In this document: positions 22,882 through 31,772 of the stretch, piece by piece
How positions within the stretch are numbered: position 1 is the first letter of the stretch
Layout of the letters: every line of letters begins with the position of its first letter
From: an uncultured Pseudomonadota bacterium
GTDB taxonomy: Bacteria > Pseudomonadota > Alphaproteobacteria > JACZXZ01
Reading direction: 5' to 3'
Assembly: GCA_963749075.1 (NCBI GenBank)
Contig: CAVVLJ010000017.1
Span: forward strand, 544,001-608,000
DNA: 64,000 nt
Made by a program: the position numbers and the translations under genes
The notes under the pieces: generated by a model
Seen by the model: the letters and a program-made list of their open reading frames with translations, nothing else
The model's database searches: none
What the model was told of the DNA's origin: nothing

Positions 22882-24012
22882 ATGACCGACAAGAACCCGG
22901 CCGAGCGCTATCGCGCCAACCTGCAAGGCGAAATCGACAGCGCCTCGCTCTACCGCGCCCTGGCCGAGGTCGAGGGCGACCCGCAGATCGCCAAGGTCTA
23001 CGGCCGGCTCGCCGCGGTCGAGGAGGCCCACGCCTCCTTCTGGCAGAAGCGCCTCGAGGCGCTCGGCAAGCGGCTTCCCCGGCTGCGTCCCGGCTTCCGC
23101 CCCAAGGCGCTGGCGTGGCTCGCGCGGCGCTTCGGGCCGGGCTTCATTCTGCCGGCGATCAACACGCTCGAGCGCATGGACAGCGGCCATTACGACGCCC
23201 AGCCCGAAGCCGTGGCGGGCGGGCTGCCGCAGGCCGAGCGCAGCCACGCGCGCATCCTCCAGGCGATTGCCGGCGACGCCCCGGGGGCGATCACGGGGAG
23301 CACGCTGGCGCGGCTCGAGGGCCGCCACCGCGGGCTCGGCGGGAACGCGCTGCGCGCCGCCGTGCTCGGCGCCAACGACGGGCTCCTCTCCAACCTGAGC
23401 CTGGTCATGGGGGTCTCGGGCGCGGCGCTCGACCGCCATGCGGTTCTCATCACCGGGCTTGCGGGGCTCCTGGCCGGCGCCTGCTCGATGGCGCTCGGCG
23501 AGTGGCTCTCGGTGACGAGCTCGCGCGAATCCTATCAGCGCCAGATCGGCAAGGAGGCCTCCGAGCTCGCCGAGGTGCCCGACGAGGAGAAGGAGGAGCT
23601 CATCCTCATCTACCAGTCGAAAGGGCTCGGCGAGACCGAGGCGCGTGCCTTGGCCGAGCGGCTCATGGCCGACAAGTCGACGGCGCTCGACACGCTGGTG
23701 CGCGAGGAGCTCGGCATCGACCCGTCCGAGCTCGGCGGCTCGGCCTGGACGGCGGGCGCCACGTCGTTCCTCCTCTTCGCCACGGGTGCCGTCTTCCCCG
23801 TGGTGCCCTTCTTCTTCGCCGGAGGAGAGCGCGCGGTGGCAGCGAGCCTGGCGCTCTCCGGCCTCGCCCTCTTCGCGATCGGCGGCGGCACCAGCCTCTT
23901 CACCGGCCGCGGCGTGCTCCTCTCCGGCGTGCGTCAGCTGCTCGTCGGCCTGGCCGCGGCCGGCGTCACCTACGGCCTCGGCCGGCTCATCGGCGCGGCG
24001 CTCGGGGGATGA
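22882..24012 (+). CDS. Rubrerythrin/ferritin-like domain + VIT1/CCC1 transporter
   Basis: E..HA di-iron-like motifs (EEAHA, ERSHA); LRAAVLGANDGLLSNLSLVMGV, GACSMALGEWLSV. Confidence 0.9.
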   Translation: MTDKNPAERYRANLQGEIDSASLYRALAEVEGDPQIAKVYGRLAAVEEAHASFWQKRLEALGKRLPRLRPGFRPKALAWLARRFGPGFILPAINTLERMDSGHYDAQPEAVAGGLPQAERSHARILQAIAGDAPGAITGSTLARLEGRHRGLGGNALRAAVLGANDGLLSNLSLVMGVSGAALDRHAVLITGLAGLLAGACSMALGEWLSVTSSRESYQRQIGKEASELAEVPDEEKEELILIYQSKGLGETEARALAERLMADKSTALDTLVREELGIDPSELGGSAWTAGATSFLLFATGAVFPVVPFFFAGGERAVAASLALSGLALFAIGGGTSLFTGRGVLLSGVRQLLVGLAAAGVTYGLGRLIGAALGG

Positions 24013-24088
24013 GCCGGGTGCCGGCGCCGGGCGCTTGCCATGCACGGCCGCTTGGCGTATCTCCTGGCACCACTTCGCCTCGAAAGCT

Positions 24089-24163
24089 GCCGCCGTAGCT
24101 CAGTGGTAGAGCACGTCCTTGGTAAGGACGGGGTCCGGTGTTCAATTCACCGCGGCGGCACCA
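24089..24163 (+). tRNA. tRNA-Thr(GGT)
   Basis: Acceptor GCCGCCG/CGGCGGC, D-arm AGCTCAGTGGTAGAGC, anticodon arm CGTCC-TTGGTAA-GGACG, TTCAATT T-loop, encoded CCA. Confidence 0.96.
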
Positions 24164-24187
24164 CCCACTCCCCATGCCACGCCAGCC

Positions 24188-24880
24188 CTAATCCGGCGCG
24201 CGCAAGCGGTAGCCGACGCCCGTCTCGGTCAGGAGGTACTGCGGCCGCGCCGGCTCGCGCTCGAGCTTGTGGCGCAGGCTGCGCACATAGACGCGCAAAT
24301 ATTGCACGTCCTCCACGTGCGCCGGCCCCCACACCTCGCGCAGGATGAACTCGTGGGTGAGCACGCGCCCGGCCTGGGTCACGAGCAGGCGCAGGAGATC
24401 GAATTCCTTGGCGGAGAGCCTGACCTCCTCGCCCTCGAGCATCACGTGGCGGCGCACGAGGTCGACGGTGAGCGCGCCGCACTTGTAGACCGGGGGCGCG
24501 CCCTGCTCCTGGAAGCGCCGCCGGAGCGCCGTGCGCAGGCGCGCGTTGAGCTCCTCCATGCCGAAGGGCTTGGTGATGTAATCGTCGGCGCCGAGATCGA
24601 GCGCCTGCACCTTGCCGCGCTCGTCGCCGCGCGCGGAGAGCACCAGGATGGGCATCGCGGAGAGCCGGCGGATGCGCTGGATGACCTCGAGGCCCTCCAT
24701 GTCGGGCAGACCGAGATCGAGGATGACGAGGTCGGGCTTTTGCAGCACCACCGCGTCGACCGCGTCGCCGCCGGTTTCCGCGACGCTGACCTCGTATCCC
24801 TCGGCCTTGAGCCCGGCATCGAGGAAGCGGCGGATCGCCTTCTCGTCGTCGACCACGAGGATGCGGTGGGCCTTGCTCAT
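24188..24880 (-). CDS. kdpE: Response regulator KdpE
   Basis: ILVVDDE, DLGLPD, GADDYITKPF, YLRVYVRSLRHKLE..PARPQYLLTETGVGYRL; follows kdpD. Confidence 0.93.
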   Translation of the reverse strand: MSKAHRILVVDDEKAIRRFLDAGLKAEGYEVSVAETGGDAVDAVVLQKPDLVILDLGLPDMEGLEVIQRIRRLSAMPILVLSARGDERGKVQALDLGADDYITKPFGMEELNARLRTALRRRFQEQGAPPVYKCGALTVDLVRRHVMLEGEEVRLSAKEFDLLRLLVTQAGRVLTHEFILREVWGPAHVEDVQYLRVYVRSLRHKLEREPARPQYLLTETGVGYRLRAPD

Positions 24881-27591
24881 GCCGGTGCCGCCGCGTCGCG
24901 CGCTTCCGCCGGCTGCGGCGCCAGGGGGAGGGCGATGGTGAAGACCGCACCCGAGCGGTCGGCGCGGTTGGCGGCGCGCACCGTGCCGCCCGACGCCTCG
25001 ACGAAGCCGCGGCAGATGGCGAGGCCGAGCCCCGTTCCCGCCGGGCGGTGGTCGCCGTCTGTGACCCGGTAGAACTTGTCGAAGATGCGCTCGAGCTGGC
25101 CCTCCGGAATGCCGGGCCCCTCGTCGGCGACCTCGAGCCTGAGCGTCTCCTCGTCGCGGCGCGCCGAGACGCGGACGAGCGAGCCCGGCGGCGCGTATTT
25201 CGCCGCGTTGTCGAGGAGATTGAAGAGCGCCTGGTCGAGCAGCAGCGCATCGCCCGCCACCATCGGCAGATCGGGAGCGATCTCGACCTCGACGCGGTGG
25301 TGCTGGAGCAGCCGCCCCGCACGCCTCAAGGCGGTCTCGACCAGCTCGCCCGCCTCGAGCATCTCGCACTTCGGCTGAAGCGCGCCCAACTCGAGCCGCG
25401 TCACGTCGAGGAGATTGCCCACGAAACGGTTGAGGCGCTCGGCCTCGTCCTCGATCGTGGCGATGAGCTCCTCCTTGACGCGCGGCTCCGCCGCCTCCTT
25501 GAGCGTGCGCAAGGCGGTGACCGAGCCGATGATCGAGGCGAGCGGCGTGCGCAAATCGTGCGAGATCGAGGTGAGGAGCGTCGAGCGCAGGCGCTCCGCC
25601 TCGGCCGCCACGCGCGCCTCGTCGATGTCGCCTGCGAGCCGCACCCGCTCGATGGCCACGGCTATGAGATCGGAGAGCGCGTCGAGGAGGCGGCGCTCGT
25701 CGGGCGTGAGGATCGGCCCCGGACGGTCGCGGTCGAGGCCGAGCACGCCGATGATGCCGCGCCCGGTGCGCATGGGGAGAAAGAGGCGGCGGGCGCCCGG
25801 CAGCGTGTCCGAGGCGCGGCCGGCCGCCTGATTGTGCGACCAGGTCCATTTGGCGGCGGCGAGGTCGGCCTCGTCGAGCTCGTCCTCGGGCGGATAGCCG
25901 GCGCGCACGGCGATCTGGCCCTTCTCCGGGAGGAGGACCACGATGCGCAGCTTGAGGAGGGCTGCCACCTGGTAGCAGAAGGCCCACAAGAGGTCGTCGA
26001 GATTGCCCGTCGCCGCGAGCTTGCGGCTGAAGGCATAGAGCTCGGCGGTGTCCTTGGCGCGGCGCTGGGCGGTGAGGACCTGCTCGCGCGTGCGCGCCGT
26101 CAAGTTGCTCGTCAGCACGGCGACGATGCCGAAGAAGAGGAGCGCCATGACATTCGCCGGATCGGAGATCGTGAAGGTATAGAGCGGCGGCAGGAAGAAG
26201 AAATTATAGGCGAGCACGCTCAAGAGCACGGCGAAGAGCGAGGGCAGGAGGCCATAGGCGACCGCGGTGAAGAGGATGGCGGCGAGATAGACGAGCGAGA
26301 GGTTGGGCAGCCGCACGAAATGGTCGATGGCGAGGCCGATGAGCGTTGCGGCGGCCGTAGTGCCGGCGGCGACCAGATAGGGCAGCAGGTCGACCGGCTC
26401 GCCGGCGGCACGCGTGGTGACGTTCTTCGGCGGGATGGGCTGACCCTCGCCGGTCACCACCTCGACGCCGATGTTGTTGGCCTTGCGGATGAGCTCGCCC
26501 GGCACCGAGCCGCGCAGTATCTCGCTTACGCGCGAGCGCCGGGGTTTCCCCACGAGCACGCGCGTGACGTTGTTGGCCCGGGCGTAGGCGAGCACGTCGT
26601 CGGCGACGCTGCGGCCGGGGACGGTGAGCGCCTCGCCGCCCAGCCGCTCGGCCAGACGCAGCGTATCGGCGATGCGGTCGCGCTCGACCTCCGAGAGGCG
26701 GTGATGCCGCGAGGTCTCGATGTAGAGCACGCCCCACTTGGCCTTGAGCTGGTCGGCCACCCGCCGCGCCTGGCGCACCACTTGCGCGGACGCCGGGCTC
26801 TCGCTCACGCAGGCGAGCACGCGCTCGCCCGCGGCCCACGGGCCGCTGATGGCGTGCGCCTGCATGTAGCTCAGCATCTGCTCGTCGACGCGCTGGGCGG
26901 CGCGCCGCAAGGCGAGCTCGCGGAGTGCCGTGAGGTTGCCCGGCGAGAAGTAATGCTTGAGGGCGCGCTGCGCCTGGTGGGGGACGTAGACCTTGCCCTC
27001 CTTCAGGCGCTGCGTGAGGTCCTCCGGCGTGAGATCGACGACCTCGATCTCGCCGGCCTGGTCGATCACGCTGTCCGGAATGGTCTCGCGCACGCGGATG
27101 CGCGTGATCTGCGCCACCACGTCGTTCAGGCTCTCGAGGTGCTGGATGTTGAGCGTCGAATAGACGTCGATGCCGGCGGCGAGCAGCTCGGCCACGTCCA
27201 TGTGGCGCTTGGGATGGCGCGAGCCGGGAGCGTTCGAATGGGCGAGCTCGTCGACCAGCACGAGCTGGGGCGAGCGCTTGAGCACGGCGTCGAGATCCAT
27301 CTCCTCGAGGATATGGCCGCGGTACTCGACACGGCGGCGCGGGATGATCTCGAGCCCGCGCAAGAGGCGCTCCGTCTCGACGCGGCCGTGGGTCTCGACC
27401 ACGCCGACGACCGCGTCGACCCCCTCGCGCCGGCGCTGCGCCGCGGCGAGCAGCATCTCGTAGGTCTTGCCGACGCCGGGTGCGGCGCCGAGGAAGATCT
27501 TGAGCTTGCCGCGCCGCTCCTCCTTCGCGGCCGCGAGCAGGGCTTCCGGCGACGGGCGATGGTGGTACTCGCTCCCGTTCGGCTGGACCAT
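24877..27591 (-). CDS. kdpD: Sensor histidine kinase KdpD
   Basis: GKLKIFLGAAPGVGKTYEML, LVDELAHSN, Usp domain, 4 TMs, GAF, SHDLRTPL, GTGLGLAIC. Confidence 0.97.
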   Translation of the reverse strand: MVQPNGSEYHHRPSPEALLAAAKEERRGKLKIFLGAAPGVGKTYEMLLAAAQRRREGVDAVVGVVETHGRVETERLLRGLEIIPRRRVEYRGHILEEMDLDAVLKRSPQLVLVDELAHSNAPGSRHPKRHMDVAELLAAGIDVYSTLNIQHLESLNDVVAQITRIRVRETIPDSVIDQAGEIEVVDLTPEDLTQRLKEGKVYVPHQAQRALKHYFSPGNLTALRELALRRAAQRVDEQMLSYMQAHAISGPWAAGERVLACVSESPASAQVVRQARRVADQLKAKWGVLYIETSRHHRLSEVERDRIADTLRLAERLGGEALTVPGRSVADDVLAYARANNVTRVLVGKPRRSRVSEILRGSVPGELIRKANNIGVEVVTGEGQPIPPKNVTTRAAGEPVDLLPYLVAAGTTAAATLIGLAIDHFVRLPNLSLVYLAAILFTAVAYGLLPSLFAVLLSVLAYNFFFLPPLYTFTISDPANVMALLFFGIVAVLTSNLTARTREQVLTAQRRAKDTAELYAFSRKLAATGNLDDLLWAFCYQVAALLKLRIVVLLPEKGQIAVRAGYPPEDELDEADLAAAKWTWSHNQAAGRASDTLPGARRLFLPMRTGRGIIGVLGLDRDRPGPILTPDERRLLDALSDLIAVAIERVRLAGDIDEARVAAEAERLRSTLLTSISHDLRTPLASIIGSVTALRTLKEAAEPRVKEELIATIEDEAERLNRFVGNLLDVTRLELGALQPKCEMLEAGELVETALRRAGRLLQHHRVEVEIAPDLPMVAGDALLLDQALFNLLDNAAKYAPPGSLVRVSARRDEETLRLEVADEGPGIPEGQLERIFDKFYRVTDGDHRPAGTGLGLAICRGFVEASGGTVRAANRADRSGAVFTIALPLAPQPAEARDAAAPA

Positions 27592-27662
27592 GGCTTGCTA
27601 TTAACCCCGCGAACGAACGAGGTCGGACCCTCCGCCCCCGAGGGGGCGGATCGAGCCGGCAC

Positions 27663-28619
27663 CTAAGGCGCGCTGCCGGCGGCTCCCTCGGCCGTCTGCC
27701 CGGCCGGCACCGGCCGCCTGAGACGCCCCTCGCCGAGGAGGAGGAGGATCGGCGCCGCGATGAAGATCGACGAGGACGTGCCGATCACGATGCCGACGAG
27801 GAGCACGATGGCGAATTCGCGGAGCACGCCGGAGCTCATGATGGCGAGCGGCAGGATGGCGAGGAACACCGTGCCAGAGGTCGCGATGGTGCGGCACAGC
27901 GTCTCGTTGATGCTGCGGTCGATCAGCTCGCGCAGGCTCATGCGCCGGTAGAGCCGCAGATTCTCGCGCACGCGGTCGTAGACGACGACCTTGTCGTTGA
28001 TCGAGTAGCCCATGACGGTGAGGATCGCGACGATGCTGGTGACGTTGAACTCGAAGCGGGTGAGCCCGTAGACGCCGACGATCTTCGTCACGTCGAGGAT
28101 GAGGGTCGCGGTCGCCGCCACGCCGAACTGCCATTCGAAGCGGAACCAGATGTAGCCGAGCATCGCCAAGAGGGCGATGCCGAGCGCCTTGAGGCCGTCG
28201 CTCCACAGCTCGCCGCTCACGGTGGCGCCCACTGCCTCGACGCTCTGCAGCACGGTGCCGGGCAATTCGCGCTCGAGCGCCGCGCGCAGCACGGTCACGG
28301 CCTCCTGCTGCGCCGCATCTCCGCCGGGCTGCCGCTCGAGACGGATATCCACGTCCCTGGGCGAGCCGAACTGCTGCAGCTCGACCGGGCCGAGATTGAG
28401 CTGCTGGAGATCGACGCGCAGCTTGGCGAAATCGACGTCGTCCTTCATATGGGCCTGGATCCCGATGCCGCCGCGGAAATCGATGCCGAGATTGAGCCCG
28501 GGGTAGAGGGCGAGGGTGATCGAGCCGATGCTCAGCACGGCCGAGACGATGAGGCCCGCGAAGCGCCCGTTCATGAACGGGATCGTGGTGTCGTCGGGTA
28601 CGAGGCGGGGTCCGAACAC
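27663..28619 (-). CDS. secF: Protein translocase subunit SecF
   Basis: GLNLGIDFRGG, VGATVSGEL, YIWFRFEWQF, GYSINDKVVVYDRVRENL, GTSSSIFIA. Confidence 0.93.
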   Translation of the reverse strand: MFGPRLVPDDTTIPFMNGRFAGLIVSAVLSIGSITLALYPGLNLGIDFRGGIGIQAHMKDDVDFAKLRVDLQQLNLGPVELQQFGSPRDVDIRLERQPGGDAAQQEAVTVLRAALERELPGTVLQSVEAVGATVSGELWSDGLKALGIALLAMLGYIWFRFEWQFGVAATATLILDVTKIVGVYGLTRFEFNVTSIVAILTVMGYSINDKVVVYDRVRENLRLYRRMSLRELIDRSINETLCRTIATSGTVFLAILPLAIMSSGVLREFAIVLLVGIVIGTSSSIFIAAPILLLLGEGRLRRPVPAGQTAEGAAGSAP

Positions 28620-28631
28620 GGGGCGGTCTCC

Positions 28632-30200
28632 TCAGGCGAGCAGCGCCTTGGGCCGCGCGCGGCGCACCCAGAGCGCTATGAGCATGCGGACGAGCACGAT
28701 GGCAGTGAACATCGAGGTCATGATGCCGAGGCTGATGGTGACGGCGAAGCCCTTGACCGGCCCCGAGCCCAGCATGAAGAGGATCATCATCTTGAGGAGC
28801 GTGGTGAGGTTGGCGTCCACGATCGTCGACATGGCCTTGGCGAAGCCCGTCTGGATCGCCGAGAGCGGGCTGCGCCCCTTGCGCGCCTCCTCGCGGATGC
28901 GCTCGTTGATGAGCACGTTGGCGTCGACCGACATGCCGACGGTCAAGAGGATGCCGACGATGCCGGGGAGCGTGAGGCTCGCCTGGAGGAGCGAGAGCAG
29001 GCCCATGAGCAGGCAGAGGTTCATCACCAGACCGGCCGCTGCGAAGACGCCGAACAGGCGGTAGAAGAAGATCATGAAGGCGACGACCAGCGTGCCGCCG
29101 ATCAGGCAGGCATAGATGCCGGTGCGGATGGCGTCGGCCCCGAGGCTGGGCCCGACGGTGCGCTCCTCGATGATCTTGAGCGGCGCGGGCAAGGCGCCGC
29201 CGCGCAGCAGAATGGCGAGGTCGTTGGCGGATTGCGCGGAGAAGTGGCCGCTGATCTGGCCCCGGCCGCCGAGGATCGGCTCGCGGATCACGGGCGCGCT
29301 GATGACCCGGTTGTCGAGCACGATGGCAAGCAGCCGGCCCACGTCCTTCTGCGTCGCCTGGCCGAACTGCCGGGCGCCCACCGTATCGAACTCGAAATTC
29401 ACCACCCATTCGCCGGTCTGCGAATTGGTGCCGGCCTGCGCGTCCTTGAGATGCGAGCCGTCGACCTCGATCGCGCGCTGGACGAGATAGCGGCCAGCAC
29501 CCTGCCGCCCGTCCGAGGCGGGCATGTACTCCGTGCCCGGCGGCGCCGCGGCGCCCGGACTCGGCGTCTCGCTGCTCACCAGATGGAAGGTCAGCTTCGC
29601 CGTGGTGCCGAGCAGCCGTTTCAGCCGGTCGGGATCCTGCACGCCGGGAAGCTGCACGGCGATGCGGTCGGAGCCCTGCCGCGAGATGGTGGGCTCGTTC
29701 ACCCCGGTCTCGTCGATGCGGCGGCGGACGATCTCGATCGACCGCGTCACGGCGTCGTTGGCGCGGTCGCGCAGGACCACCTCGCTCGGCTTGAGCGCCA
29801 CCTCCCCGCCGGCACCGGCGGTGATGTCGTATTCCGCGGCGGCCCCGCTGCCGGCGACCGTCTGAAGGGCGCTCCGCGCCTCATCGCCGCGCTCGGGGTC
29901 GCGCAGCTTGAAGCGCACGGCGCCGCCCTCGACGCGCAGCTCCGTGTAGAGGAGATGGGCCGCAAGCAGCGCGCGTCGGACGCCCTCGAGGACGCCCTCC
30001 AGGCGCTCGTGCTCCGCCGCCGCCACGTCGACCTGGAGGAGGAGATAGCTGCCGCCCTTGAGGTCGAGACCGAGATGGATCTGCCGGTCGAAGGGCAGGT
30101 AGCGAAGCGCTTGCTGACCGACCACGTTGGGCAGCGCCAGGAGCAGGCCCAGGAGACACGCCAAGCCGATAGCGGTGATCTGCCATCGGGAATAAAACAT
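28632..30200 (-). CDS. secD: Protein translocase subunit SecD
   Basis: LGLDLKGG, RRIDETGVNEP, LLRGGALPAPL, VGPSLGAD, GMSVDANVLINERIREE. Confidence 0.95.
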   Translation of the reverse strand: MFYSRWQITAIGLACLLGLLLALPNVVGQQALRYLPFDRQIHLGLDLKGGSYLLLQVDVAAAEHERLEGVLEGVRRALLAAHLLYTELRVEGGAVRFKLRDPERGDEARSALQTVAGSGAAAEYDITAGAGGEVALKPSEVVLRDRANDAVTRSIEIVRRRIDETGVNEPTISRQGSDRIAVQLPGVQDPDRLKRLLGTTAKLTFHLVSSETPSPGAAAPPGTEYMPASDGRQGAGRYLVQRAIEVDGSHLKDAQAGTNSQTGEWVVNFEFDTVGARQFGQATQKDVGRLLAIVLDNRVISAPVIREPILGGRGQISGHFSAQSANDLAILLRGGALPAPLKIIEERTVGPSLGADAIRTGIYACLIGGTLVVAFMIFFYRLFGVFAAAGLVMNLCLLMGLLSLLQASLTLPGIVGILLTVGMSVDANVLINERIREEARKGRSPLSAIQTGFAKAMSTIVDANLTTLLKMMILFMLGSGPVKGFAVTISLGIMTSMFTAIVLVRMLIALWVRRARPKALLA

Positions 30201-30405
30201 CGCCCCTTCCTTTCGCGCCGCCTGGCGCTAGCTCGCAGAAGGGCGCCATGATAGCGAGCTTCCCGCCCCAGCACCAGACGGGATTCGCTTTGAAATCCAA
30301 AGGCTTGGTATAGTCCGCGGCGGGCCGCGCGAGGGCCGCGATCACGCCGCCGCGAGGCGGTTGGAGGAGCGCGCTTCTCCGCATGGGGCGCTTGCCGCCC
30401 GCGGC

Positions 30406-30642
30406 TCAATTGCGGCGGCACCCATCCTCGCCCTCGACCACGAGCCTGAGCGAGGCCGCGTCGTCGCTCTCGTCGCGCGCGAAGCGGATGGCGGCGTCGC
30501 GCTTGAAGAAGATGCCGAGCACCATGCCGTCGGCCCGGCGCGCGTGCCAGCGCCCGATCTGATTGCGGAAGATCTGGAAGACGTTGCTCGGGTCGGCGGC
30601 TGCGGGCGGCGGCTCGTAAGCGGTTCTCGTCAAGGCGTTCAT
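30406..30642 (-). CDS. Small hypothetical protein (78 aa)
   Basis: GGAG RBS; FQIFRNQIGRWHARRADGMVLGIFFKRDAAIRFARDE; lies behind AT-rich KdpE-like boxes. Confidence 0.6.
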   Translation of the reverse strand: MNALTRTAYEPPPAAADPSNVFQIFRNQIGRWHARRADGMVLGIFFKRDAAIRFARDESDDAASLRLVVEGEDGCRRN

Positions 30643-30705
30643 CGGCGGCTCTCCTTGCCGTTGAGACATCGCCGTGAATATTAGGAGTGCGCGGCCGGAT
30701 TTTCT

Positions 30706-30755
30706 AATAAATATGTAGTATAAACTCTTGGTGTCCCCATAAAAACGAGTAAAAG
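30706..30755 (-). promoter_or_regulatory. Putative KdpE-type double box
   Basis: Minus strand CTTTTACTCGTTTTTATG ... TTTATACTACATATTTATT, boxes ~32 bp apart. Confidence 0.5.
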
Positions 30756-30789
30756 CTTCGCAGAGGCATCTCGGACCGCGTGCGGTGCA

Positions 30790-30952
30790 TCCTTCGAGAC
30801 GCTCGCTGCGCCCGCTCCTCGGGATGAGCTCAAGTCTTTCAGCCACGCACGAATCCACCTCGTCCTGAGGAGCGCCCCCGCGGGCCGAAGGCCCGCTCTT
30901 TTGCACCATGCAAAAGAGGCGCGCTTCGCGCGCGGGGGCGCGTCTCGAAGGA
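30790..30952. repeat. Palindromic intergenic element (TCCTTCGAGACGC...GCTCCTCGGGATGAG / CTCGTCCTGAGGAGC...GCGTCTCGAAGGA)
   Basis: Two inverted arms visible; internal hairpin CTCTTTTGCA-CCA-TGCAAAAGAG. Confidence 0.7.
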
Positions 30953-30985
30953 CCGACGTCGGCAGTGCAAGCCTCCTCGAGTTCT

Positions 30986-31116
30986 GTCCATGCCCTGGCG
31001 CGAAAGCGGGGGTCCAGAGCAGATGGATTCCCGCTCTCCGCCTTCGCGGGGACAGGCTTCGCGGGGACAGGCTTCGCGGGGACAGGCTTCGCGGGGACAG
31101 GCTTCGCGGGAATGAC
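30986..31116. repeat. REP-like element containing a 15-bp tandem repeat (CTTCGCGGGGACAGG x4 + partial, 31042-31110)
   Basis: GCGAAAGCGGGGGTCCA...TGGATTCCCGCT...TTCGCGGGAATGAC; same family as 46853-46912. Confidence 0.8.
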
Positions 31117-31152
31117 GACCGCGGCGGCAATTCCGTTTGAACGGCGACCGTT

Positions 31153-31761
31153 CTACGGCTTGTGCGCGGCCATCTCGTCGAGCGCCATGTTGAGCTCGAG
31201 CACGTTGACGTGCGGCTCGCCGAGCACGCCGAGGGTGCGGCCCTCGACGAAGCGCTGGACGAGTGCCGCCACCTCGCTCTCCGGGAGATTGCGCGCCTTG
31301 GCGACGCGCGGGATCTGGAATTGCGCCGCCGCGGGCGTGATGTGGGGATCGAGGCCGCTCCCCGATGCGGTCACCAGATCGACGGGGACCGGCTTGCCGT
31401 TCTCCGCGTGCAGCTTCGCCGCCGCGTCCTTGACGCCGTCGACGAGCGCCTGGCTGGTGGGGCCGAGGTTCGAGCCCATCGAATTGCTGGCGTCATAAGG
31501 ATCGGGGATCGTCTTCGACGGATCCTTGGGATCGGGTGCCGTGATCGCCGACGGGCGGCCGTGGAAATACTTGTCGCCGGCAAAATTCTGCCCGATCAGC
31601 GCCGAGCCGACCACCTTGCCGCCCTTCTCGATCAGGCTGCCGTGCGCCTGCCAGGGGAAGAGCACCTCGGCGATTCCGGTCATGGCGAGCGGGTAGGCGA
31701 GCCCCACGAGCGCCGTGAAGAGCACGATCATGACGAGGGCGGGACGCAGCTCCTTGAGCAT
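31153..31761 (-). CDS. kdpC: K+-transporting ATPase subunit C
   Basis: [58 protein letters not shown]. Confidence 0.95.
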   Translation of the reverse strand: MLKELRPALVMIVLFTALVGLAYPLAMTGIAEVLFPWQAHGSLIEKGGKVVGSALIGQNFAGDKYFHGRPSAITAPDPKDPSKTIPDPYDASNSMGSNLGPTSQALVDGVKDAAAKLHAENGKPVPVDLVTASGSGLDPHITPAAAQFQIPRVAKARNLPESEVAALVQRFVEGRTLGVLGEPHVNVLELNMALDEMAAHKP

Positions 31762-31772
31762 GGCACGCTTCC

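Noticed and set aside
24089-24163. tRNA-Thr as integration site of a genomic island
   Set aside because: No integrase and no duplicated tRNA 3' end noticed in the window.
31042-31110. Direct repeats as a CRISPR array or repeat-protein ORF (FAGTG / RGDRL)
   Set aside because: 15-bp units are contiguous with no spacers, no cas genes are present, and they sit inside a REP arm.
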